This document shows, in pieces, positions 56,512 to 64,000 of a DNA stretch of 64,000 bases. Each line of letters starts with the position of its first letter. The first letter of the stretch is position 1. Source of the DNA: Vulcanimicrobiota bacterium (GTDB lineage Bacteria; Vulcanimicrobiota; Vulcanimicrobiia; Vulcanimicrobiales; Vulcanimicrobiaceae). A program made the translations under genes and the position numbers. Location of the stretch: positions 736,001 to 800,000 of the forward strand of contig OY968762.1 of the NCBI GenBank assembly GCA_963695225.1, in the 5' to 3' direction. A model generated the notes under the pieces. The model had not been told where the DNA came from and ran no database searches. It was given only the letters and a program-made list of their open reading frames with translations.

Positions 56512-59238
56512 CTAGACGGTGGCGGGTTGCGGGATCGGTGCGGTTTCTAGCGGCTTCTTGCGCAGGTCGAGGACGGCTTCGAGCAGTTCGCCGGCGCGCC
56601 ATTCGATGCGGAAGCCGAGCGAGCGGCACAGATCGAGCATCGCGATGTTGTCCGAGAGGACGTACCCGATGATGCGCGCGACGCCTTCGGCGCGGCCGAC
56701 CGCGATCAAACGGCTGAGCAGCTCCCGCCCGAGGCCTTGGCGTTGGAAGCTGTCGGCGACGATCAGCGCGAACTCCGCGTCGTCGGAGAGGTGCTCCTTG
56801 ATCAAACGGCCGATCGCGCGGATCTCCGGCTCTTTGCCCGCGTCCTCGCCGATCGCGAGCAGCGCGACCTGACGGTCGTAATCGATGAAGCACAGGCGCG
56901 CAAGGCGGTCGTGTTCGATGCGGTCCGCGAGCGGGAGCGGGTGCGCGAACCGGAAGTAGACGCTCCTTTCGGAGAGCCTCTCGTCGAAGCGCCGCACGAG
57001 GTCTTCGTCCTCCCCGCGCACCGGGCGCACGAGGATCCGTTCGCCATCCGGGTTCGTGAACTCACCGACGTATTGCGTGGGATACGGGCGGATCGCCGGG
57101 CGCGGCAGGTCCGCGTCCGCGACCTCGGCAGCGTGCAGCACGACGCGCGCGTCGAGCGCCAACAAACCGTCCGGCGAGGCGACGAGCGGATTGACGTCGA
57201 TCTCCTTGATGCGCGGATTCTCGACGACGAGCCGGCTGAAGCGGACGAACACCTCGGCGAGCGCGTCGAGGTCGACGGGCTTGCGCCCGCGCGTCCCCTT
57301 GAGCGCCTTGAAGATGCGCGTCTTCTCCATCGCGTGCAGCGCCAACGTCGTGGTGAGCGGCGGAAGCGCGAGCGCGCGGTCGCGCATGATCTCGACGAGC
57401 GTCCCGCCGAGGCCGAAAACGAGGACCGGGCCGAACTGCGGATCGGTGTTGCTCCCCAAGATCAGCTCGTAGCCTTCGAGCTTGATCATCGGCTGGACCG
57501 TGACGCCGAGGAAGTTTCCCGGGCCGACGCGTTCGCGCACCGATGCGTCGATCGCGTCGAACGCCTTCCCGACGGCGTCGCCGCTCTTCACGTTGAGATG
57601 CACGCCGCCGACGTCGGTCTTGTGCGAGATCGTCTCGGAGTGCAGCTTGACGACGACGGGGAACCCGAGTTTCGTCGCGGCTTCGATCGCTTCTTCGCGC
57701 GTCGCGGCGATCACGGTCGGCACCGTCGGAATGCCGTACGCCGTGAGGAGACGTTTCGATTCCTCTTCGGTCAGCAGCGTGCGCCCTTCGGCGAGCGCCG
57801 CCGCGATGATCGGCCGTGACTCGATGCCGTCGGGGTATTCTTTCTCGTCCGAGACCTTCGGCGTCTCGTAGAGTGCGCGCAGGTTCTCGTCGTACTGCCA
57901 CATGTAGTTGAACACGCGCGCCGCCGTATCCGGATAATGGAACGTCGGAATGCCGGAACGCTGCAGCAGCGCGGCGCCCGGGGCGACTTCGGCGCCGCCC
58001 ATCCAGCACGCGAGGACGGGCTTTCCGCTCTGGCGCGGGATCTTCGAAATCAAGTCGGCGGTCTGCACCGCGCCGGCGATGGCCTGCGGTGCGAGGATCA
58101 CCAGCAAGGCGTCGGAGGTGGGGTCCTTCGCCGCGAGCTCGAGCGCCTTCGCGTAACGCGTGGGATCGGCGTCGCCGAGGATGTCGATCGGGTTCCCCTT
58201 GCTCCAGTGGGAGGGCAAGAACGCATCGAGCCCCGCGATCGTTGCGGGCGTCAGCGGTGCGAGCGCGCCGTGCCCGCCGATGAGCGCGTCGGTCGCCAGC
58301 ACGCCGGGGCCGCCCGCGTTCGTGACGAGCGCGAGGCGGTTGCCGCGCGGCCGAGGCTGCTTCTCGAGGACTTCGGCCAAGTAGAACAGATCGGCGATCG
58401 AGTCGACGCGCAAGACGCCGCTGCGCGCGAAGACGGCATCGAGCACGTCGTCGCTCCCGGCGAGCGCGCCGGTATGCGAGGTCGCCGCTTTCGCGGCTTC
58501 CGCCGTGCGGCCGGCCTTGATGAGGATGATCGGCTTCGTCGTCGCGACTTCGCGAGCGGCGGAGAGGAACGCGCGCGCGTCGTTGATCGATTCAACGTAC
58601 ATCACGATGCTGCGCGTCGCCGGATCGTCGCCGAGGAAATAGAGCAAATCCGGCCAGCCGACGTCGACCATCGAACCGACGGAGATGAAGTGGCTGAAGC
58701 CGACGTTCTGCGAGAGGCTCCAATCGAGGATCGCGGTGCATAGCGCGCCGCTCTGGCTGACGAACCCGACGCTCCCCTTCAGCGCCATCGCGCTCGCGAA
58801 CGTCGCGTTGAGACCGCTCGTCGGGGACATGACGCCCAAGCAATTCGGGCCGATCACGCGCATTCCGAAGCGGCGCGCGTGCGCGAGGAGTTGTTCCTCG
58901 AGCGCCCGCCCTTCCGCGCCGATCTCTTTGAAGCCGGCAGAGAGCACGATTGCGGCGCGCACGCCGGCTTCGCCGCATTCGCGGATCACTTCGGGGACGG
59001 TCTTCGCCGGCGTCACCACGATCGCGAGATCGACCACCTCGGGGACTTCGCGGATCGACGCGTAGGACTTGATCCCGAGAACCGACGGATGCGACGGATT
59101 GACGGGATAAATCGTCCCGCCGAAGCGATTCGAAATCAGGTTCCAGAGGACGCTCTTGCCGACCGAAAGCGGCCGCTCGGTGGCGCCGATAACGGCGACC
59201 GACTTGGGACGGAACATCTTTTCAAGTGGGCGTGCCAT
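56512..59238 (-). CDS. pat: Bifunctional acyl-CoA synthetase (NDP-forming)-like / GNAT protein lysine acetyltransferase (Pat/YfiQ)
   Basis: [44 protein letters not shown]-terminal GNAT FQRQGLG. Confidence 0.9.
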   Translation of the reverse strand: MARPLEKMFRPKSVAVIGATERPLSVGKSVLWNLISNRFGGTIYPVNPSHPSVLGIKSYASIREVPEVVDLAIVVTPAKTVPEVIRECGEAGVRAAIVLSAGFKEIGAEGRALEEQLLAHARRFGMRVIGPNCLGVMSPTSGLNATFASAMALKGSVGFVSQSGALCTAILDWSLSQNVGFSHFISVGSMVDVGWPDLLYFLGDDPATRSIVMYVESINDARAFLSAAREVATTKPIILIKAGRTAEAAKAATSHTGALAGSDDVLDAVFARSGVLRVDSIADLFYLAEVLEKQPRPRGNRLALVTNAGGPGVLATDALIGGHGALAPLTPATIAGLDAFLPSHWSKGNPIDILGDADPTRYAKALELAAKDPTSDALLVILAPQAIAGAVQTADLISKIPRQSGKPVLACWMGGAEVAPGAALLQRSGIPTFHYPDTAARVFNYMWQYDENLRALYETPKVSDEKEYPDGIESRPIIAAALAEGRTLLTEEESKRLLTAYGIPTVPTVIAATREEAIEAATKLGFPVVVKLHSETISHKTDVGGVHLNVKSGDAVGKAFDAIDASVRERVGPGNFLGVTVQPMIKLEGYELILGSNTDPQFGPVLVFGLGGTLVEIMRDRALALPPLTTTLALHAMEKTRIFKALKGTRGRKPVDLDALAEVFVRFSRLVVENPRIKEIDVNPLVASPDGLLALDARVVLHAAEVADADLPRPAIRPYPTQYVGEFTNPDGERILVRPVRGEDEDLVRRFDERLSERSVYFRFAHPLPLADRIEHDRLARLCFIDYDRQVALLAIGEDAGKEPEIRAIGRLIKEHLSDDAEFALIVADSFQRQGLGRELLSRLIAVGRAEGVARIIGYVLSDNIAMLDLCRSLGFRIEWRAGELLEAVLDLRKKPLETAPIPQPATV

Positions 59239-59372
59239 TTTCGTAATAATCCTACCCGCAGTTTAGTAACTGAGCTACTCCGTGCGGAATGATTACACAA
59301 TTCTCACCTATATGCAATCGGAGGCGTCGCCGAAGAAGTTGAGCATTCTTGCCCAAAGTGTGATCCCGGGCT

Positions 59373-60491
59373 CTAGTAGAGGTCGAAGCAGGACACTACT
59401 GCCGCCACGCTGAGCAGGCCGCCCTTCAGATGGTAGATGCGCCGGAATCCCGCTTCCGCAAGGCGTTGGGCGGCCCACGCCGAGCGGGCCCCGAGCCGGC
59501 ATGCCACCACGTACGTCTGCGCCGAATCCAGCTCGTGCAGCCGCGCCTCCAGTTGCGACGCCGGGACGTGCACGGCGCGCGGGTGCAGGCCCAGCACCGC
59601 CTCGTGCGGTTCGCGGACGTCGAGAAGGACGGCTTCGGGATGCCGCGCGAGAAACGCCTCGAAATCGGCCGCGACGAGTTCGGTGCCCGCCGGCGGCGGC
59701 GGCGCGTCGGGCGCCGGTGCGACGTCGCGGATCGTCGCGGCAGGGCCGCATAGCGCGCACGCCGGGTCGCGCGGCAGCGCGAACTCGCGCGTGCGTCCGC
59801 CGAGCGCGTCGATCGAGACGAGCCTCCCCGCGAGCGATGCGCCGATCCCGAGCAGCACCTTGAGCGCCTCGTTCGCCTGCCACGCGCCGACGATCCCCGC
59901 GAGCGCGCCGAGCACCCCGCCCTCCGCGCAACTCGGCACGCTTCCGGGCGGCGGGGCCTGCGGGAACAAACACCGATAGCACGGCCCTTCAGGCCCGAAC
60001 ACCGAGACCTGTCCGTCAAAGCGAAAGATCGCGCCGTAGACGTCGGGCTTCTTCTCGAGGTGCGCGGCGTCGTTGACGAGATAACGCGATTCGAACGAAT
60101 CCGTCGCATCGACGACGAGATCGTACGGGCGCACGAGCTCCCGCGCGTTCGCGGCGACGAAACGGAGCGGATACGCGTCGACGGCGACCTGGGGATTGAG
60201 CGCGACGATGCGTTCCGCCGCGACGGCCGCCTTCGTACGCCCGACGTCCGCCTGCGCGAAGAGCACTTGCCGCTGCAGGTTCGTTTCGTCGACGACGTCG
60301 TCGTCGACGATCCCGATCCGCCCGACGCCTGCGGCCGCGAGATACGCGAGGACGGGCGAACCGAGCCCGCCCGCGCCGACGACGAGGACGCGCGCGCGCT
60401 GCAAACGTTCCTGCCCCGCGAGCCCGATTTCCGGGATCAACAGATGCCGGCTGTAACGGCGCAGCGCGCGCCGCCCCCCAAGCGACCTCAC
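59373..60491 (-). CDS. moeB: Molybdopterin-synthase adenylyltransferase with rhodanese domain (MoeB/MoeZ)
   Basis: RYSRHLL, VGAGGLG, TNLQRQ, PCYRC, CALC, LLDVRE...CRLGARS...LKGG. Confidence 0.92.
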   Translation of the reverse strand: MRSLGGRRALRRYSRHLLIPEIGLAGQERLQRARVLVVGAGGLGSPVLAYLAAAGVGRIGIVDDDVVDETNLQRQVLFAQADVGRTKAAVAAERIVALNPQVAVDAYPLRFVAANARELVRPYDLVVDATDSFESRYLVNDAAHLEKKPDVYGAIFRFDGQVSVFGPEGPCYRCLFPQAPPPGSVPSCAEGGVLGALAGIVGAWQANEALKVLLGIGASLAGRLVSIDALGGRTREFALPRDPACALCGPAATIRDVAPAPDAPPPPAGTELVAADFEAFLARHPEAVLLDVREPHEAVLGLHPRAVHVPASQLEARLHELDSAQTYVVACRLGARSAWAAQRLAEAGFRRIYHLKGGLLSVAAVVSCFDLY

Positions 60492-61210
60492 GTCGCGCGC
60501 GGATGGAGCGCGTTCAGCCAGCCGAGCACGGCGCCGCGCGCGTTCTCTCCGGCCGAGGTGTGATCGCTCTCGATCGTGACGAACGTCTTCGGTTCCGGGG
60601 CGCGTTCGAACAGCTCGCGCGCGCTCGACGGCGCGACCATCATGTCGTGCTGCGCCGCAACGTAGAGGACGGGGCGACCGGCGAGCCCGGCGAGCGCCGC
60701 CTCGACGAGCGGTTCCGTTCGTTCCGCAAGCTCCGGGAGCGTCAGCCCCTCCACGTACGAGGAGCGCAGATCGACGACCGCGGCGCCGCGCAGCGCCCTC
60801 AGCGCGGAGAGCCGTCCGTATCCCGCGGCGATCGAGACAGCGCCCGCGATTTCGGGATCTGCGGCGCACGCGCGCAACGCCGCCGTCGCGCCCATGCTGT
60901 GCCCGAGCGCATAGACTACGGGACCGTAGCGCTCGCGCGCGTAGCTCACCGCCGCGAGCATCGCCGTGACGAGATCCTCCGGCGAGCGGAGCACGCCTCC
61001 GCTCGCGCCGAGTTTATGCCCCGGGAAATCGAGGCTGACGACGCGGTAGCCGTGGCTCGCGAGGAACGCGCACAAGAAATCCAAGTTGTGCTTCGAGCTC
61101 GAGTAGCCGTGCCCGACGACGAGCCCGACGCCGCGCGCGCGGCGCGGTTCGTAATCGAGTGCGGCGATCGTTCCGTCACCCGCCGCAATCCGCACGAGAT
61201 CCAGGTTCAC
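60488..61210 (-). CDS. Alpha/beta hydrolase
   Basis: HGY oxyanion, DFPGH, GHSMG nucleophile, HDMMV, SDH. Confidence 0.88.
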   Translation of the reverse strand: MNLDLVRIAAGDGTIAALDYEPRRARGVGLVVGHGYSSSKHNLDFLCAFLASHGYRVVSLDFPGHKLGASGGVLRSPEDLVTAMLAAVSYARERYGPVVYALGHSMGATAALRACAADPEIAGAVSIAAGYGRLSALRALRGAAVVDLRSSYVEGLTLPELAERTEPLVEAALAGLAGRPVLYVAAQHDMMVAPSSARELFERAPEPKTFVTIESDHTSAGENARGAVLGWLNALHPRAT

Positions 61211-61650
61211 GGCTGCTCGCTCGCGCACGAGTTCTCGCGCCAAACGGCCTCGCCGTCGGCATAGTGCTCCTTCTTCCAGATGGGGACGCGCGCTTTGAGT
61301 TCGTCGATCACGTATTCGCACGCATCGAACGCGACGGCGCGATGCGGTGCCGCCGCCGCGACCGCGACCGCCGCCTCCCCGATTCCGAGCAACCCGACGC
61401 GATGCGCGCAGGCGATGCGGCTCGGTGCGAAACGGCGCTCCGCCTCCGCGACGATCGCGCGCATTTCCGCGAGCGCCGCGCTCGCATATGCTTCGTACTC
61501 GAGTGCGGTGACGCTGCGGCCGTCGTCCGAGCGTTCGCGCACGACCCCGAGGAACGCGACGACCGCGCCGTCCGCGTCACCGCGCACCGCCTCGATCAGC
61601 GGCTGGAGTTCCAGCGGTTCCGCGCGGATCTCCACGGCGGGCGCAGCCAC
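61207..61650 (-). CDS. moaE: Molybdopterin synthase catalytic subunit
   Basis: GAVVAFLGVVR, LEYEAY, HRVG, LKARVPIWKKE. Confidence 0.94.
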   Translation of the reverse strand: MAAPAVEIRAEPLELQPLIEAVRGDADGAVVAFLGVVRERSDDGRSVTALEYEAYASAALAEMRAIVAEAERRFAPSRIACAHRVGLLGIGEAAVAVAAAAPHRAVAFDACEYVIDELKARVPIWKKEHYADGEAVWRENSCASEQP

Positions 61651-61654
61651 GCCG

Positions 61655-61900
61655 CTAGCCCCCGCCGGCCGGCGGTAACAGCGCCGCCTCGTCCCCTTCG
61701 GAGAAGACGGCCACGGCATCGACGAGCGTCCCATTCCGCGCGATCCGCGTGGAGGCCGCGAGCTTCTCGAACGCCGGCGTCTGCGCGCAGAGGCGCTCGA
61801 AGATCGCCGACGCCGTCGCGCCCGGCGGCACGTCGAGCGTGCGCTCGGAGAAGCCGAGCACCTCGCGAGCGCGGGCGAAGGCCAGCACGCGGACCTTCAC
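61655..61900 (-). CDS. moaD: Molybdopterin synthase sulfur carrier
   Basis: VRVLAFARARE...GDEAALLPPAGGG with C-terminal GG. Confidence 0.92.
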   Translation of the reverse strand: MKVRVLAFARAREVLGFSERTLDVPPGATASAIFERLCAQTPAFEKLAASTRIARNGTLVDAVAVFSEGDEAALLPPAGGG

Positions 61901-61901
61901 G

Positions 61902-62159
61902 CTAATACCCGCCGAGATCCGTCGTGTATCCGTGCCGTTCCAGCCAAGCCCGCGATTCTTCGTGCAGCCCGAGCAGATCGATCCGGTTGCACGTGAGCTT
62001 GTGCACGAGGACCTCCCAAAAGTGGCGGTCCTGCGCGTAGACGTCGTCGGGCAATTGGTTCTCGACGCGCGAGAACTCGCGCAGGCCTTCCCAATCCCGC
62101 CCGCCGAGGATCTCGCGCAAGCGCGATTCGTACGCCGCGCTCTTTTCGTGCGCGTTCAT
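61902..62159 (-). CDS. Small hypothetical protein (85 aa)
   Basis: MNAHEKSAAYESRLREIL...HGYTTDLGGY; ATGA overlap upstream and 1-nt gap to moaD. Confidence 0.7.
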   Translation of the reverse strand: MNAHEKSAAYESRLREILGGRDWEGLREFSRVENQLPDDVYAQDRHFWEVLVHKLTCNRIDLLGLHEESRAWLERHGYTTDLGGY

Positions 62160-62962
62160 GCCGGCCTCTTCGCCAACTCGGGAATGAAGTGCTCGAGCGC
62201 GCGCGCGACGCCGTCCTCGGCGTTCGTCGCGGTCACGTAGCGCACGGCCTCGCGCACCTCGGGGAGCGCGTTCCCCATCGCGATCCCGATCTTCGCCCAG
62301 CGCAGCATCGGCACGTCGTTGCGCGAATCGCCGATCGCGAGCACGCGGTCCGGCAGGATCTGGAAATCCGCGCAGAGCCGCGCGAGCGCGTTCCGTTTGC
62401 TCGCGTCCCGGTTGAGCACGGCGCACTCGACGAAATCGCGCCAGCGTTCGTGCCGGAACGAAAGCGGGAGATCCCCGAACTCGCGCTCCATCGCGGCGAC
62501 CGACTCCGCGCCGAGGAAGCGCATGAACGTCGGCGCCCGGTCGAGCACGTCCGCGAAACACTTCGCTTCCCGCCAATGCGGCCCGGTCATGTCGTCCATG
62601 TAGATCTTCGAACCTTCGAGCCGCCAGAACGATTCGTCGCTGTAGAGCGCGAGCGAAAGGCCGTTCGCTTCCGCGTACTCGACCATCGGCTTCGCGTAGA
62701 GGAGCGGGACCGGCAGCTCGTTGAGGATGCGATTCGCGTGGAAATCCTTCGTGAGCGCGCCGTGGCAGCAGATGATCGGCAGATTCAAGCCCAGCTCGCG
62801 CGAGAGGCGGCTCGGCAGGTCGACGCCGCGCCCCGTGACCAGGACGACGCGGACGCCGAGCTCCAGCAGCGCGCGAATCGCCTGCCGGTTACGGGGCGAA
62901 ACGCGGTCGTCGGGATCGAGGAGCGTGCCGTCGATATCGAGGGCGACAAGATCGATGCGCAT
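62156..62962 (-). CDS. Cof-type HAD-IIB hydrolase
   Basis: LDIDGTL, VTGR, SK, IGDSRNDVPML, AMGNA. Confidence 0.93.
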   Translation of the reverse strand: MRIDLVALDIDGTLLDPDDRVSPRNRQAIRALLELGVRVVLVTGRGVDLPSRLSRELGLNLPIICCHGALTKDFHANRILNELPVPLLYAKPMVEYAEANGLSLALYSDESFWRLEGSKIYMDDMTGPHWREAKCFADVLDRAPTFMRFLGAESVAAMEREFGDLPLSFRHERWRDFVECAVLNRDASKRNALARLCADFQILPDRVLAIGDSRNDVPMLRWAKIGIAMGNALPEVREAVRYVTATNAEDGVARALEHFIPELAKRPA

Positions 62963-63020
62963 GGGCGGTCAGGCTCTTTAGGGGAGACAAAATGCCCCTC
63001 CTGTACGTTATGCTGATGAA

Positions 63021-63425
63021 ATGAGAAACGCACGGTTCGCCCTCGCCTTCGTTCTGGGGCTGTCGACGGTGCTCGCCGGCGCCGTGTCCGCCTTCGCGGC
63101 GGACGTCTGTTCGCACGACGCGCTGACCGTGGACGGGGTCTCCGTCACCGTCGCCGTCTGCGCGACGGAGCCGGCCGCGGCGGGCGCGAGCGGGAAGACG
63201 GTGCTGCTCCCGACGACCGAGACGCTCTCCACGAAGGACCAATCGTTCGTGCGGACGACCTCCCTCGAGTTCCTCACCGGAGAAGAGCTCTCGCGGACGA
63301 TCGACAACATCTCGCTCGCCAAACTCGGCATCCCGAAATCGCTCCACTTGACGCTCGCCCACAAGCCGGGCTCCCTCGTCCTGGAGCACGCGCTCCTGAT
63401 CCCGGGGGCGGTCACCCTCAAGTAG
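63021..63425 (+). CDS. Hypothetical secreted protein
   Basis: Signal peptide ...SAFA, Cys pair, beta-rich. Confidence 0.7.
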   Translation: MRNARFALAFVLGLSTVLAGAVSAFAADVCSHDALTVDGVSVTVAVCATEPAAAGASGKTVLLPTTETLSTKDQSFVRTTSLEFLTGEELSRTIDNISLAKLGIPKSLHLTLAHKPGSLVLEHALLIPGAVTLK

Positions 63426-63527
63426 GCGCGCAACCCGACCCGGCATCCGCGGGTTTTTGCGGGGCATGAGACGCCGCTACATCGCGTTTTCGAATGCAAA
63501 GCTCCCCGGGGAGTGTCGATAGTAACG

Positions 63528-64000
63528 ATGGGCTGCACCGCCGTCGATCCGAGCCTGACCCCCCGCGACCACGCGCATTTCCTCAACGATCACATCCCCG
63601 CGGGGCTCTTCGGCGGCGTCGGCGTCGACGTCGACCGGGTCGCTTGGCGGCTCTCGCCGGCCCCCTTCCCGCTCTCGCCCGCAACGCTCGCGGCGCTCGA
63701 GCGACTCGGCCCGGACCTCCTGCGCTTCTCGCGCGTCCTCGCTTCGCTCTATCAGCGCAGCGTCCGCGGAACGGCCCCGGCGTTCATCGCGGACTACCTC
63801 GATCGCGGGAAGCCCGAATCGATCGTGAAGCTCGGGCGGCAGAACCGCTTCAAGCGCGACGTCCCGGGGGTGATCCGCCCGGATCTGATCTTGACGCCGA
63901 ACGGTTTTATCGCCGCCGAACTCGACAGCGTCCCCGGCGGCATGGGGTTCGTCGGCGCGATGGCGCAAGCGTACTGTCTGCTCGGCTACGATACGGTCGG
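63528..64000 (+). CDS. ATP-grasp-like protein, glutathionylspermidine synthase / circularly permuted ATP-grasp family (partial, runs off window end)
   Basis: Manual translation: MGCTAVDPS...WRLSPAPF...VIRPDLILTPNGFIAAELDSVPGGMG (RxD and ExD/N motifs); open to the window end. Confidence 0.7.
   Translation, partial: MGCTAVDPSLTPRDHAHFLNDHIPAGLFGGVGVDVDRVAWRLSPAPFPLSPATLAALERLGPDLLRFSRVLASLYQRSVRGTAPAFIADYLDRGKPESIVKLGRQNRFKRDVPGVIRPDLILTPNGFIAAELDSVPGGMGFVGAMAQAYCLLGYDTV

Overview
High-GC bacterial chromosome segment that is mostly housekeeping and cell-envelope genes. The gene repertoire suggests Vulcanimicrobiota/Ca. Eremiobacterota (inference only). No rRNA, tRNA, CRISPR array or transposase was seen. 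In order it holds: a GDP-heptose biosynthesis operon (gmhA-gmhB-transaldolase-hddA-epimerase-hddC-gtrA-UGM-like flavoenzyme); rpmE-prfA-prmC; a lipoprotein plus S53 protease pair; an operon metY-CoA-binding-luxE-like-luxC-like-class III aminotransferase-Gfo/Idh/MocA; a split glutamine-dependent NAD synthetase with sirC and cinA; a GT-C/GtrA glycosylation cluster; amj, an M16 peptidase and archaeal-type proS; a MacAB-like exporter; rpsB-tsf-pyrH-frr-(small ORF)-cdsA-dxr-rseP-ispG; fliW-csrA behind a sigma-28-like promoter; an MsbA-like ABC exporter; a divergent photolyase/cryptochrome; moaA, queG, pat, and moaD-moaE-hydrolase-moeB. The most interesting signals are four. (1) A dispersed ~165-nt GTAG-initiated structured repeat with compensatory base changes, whose hairpin loops match the CsrA consensus. 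(2) A luciferase-free LuxE/LuxC plus aminotransferase operon, a possible acid-to-amine pathway. (3) A photolyase-family protein that appears to have lost most CPD-repair and photoreduction residues. (4) Sigma-28-like and GGA-N16-CRAAC promoter motifs. Many start codons were re-assigned by eye from the ORF track.
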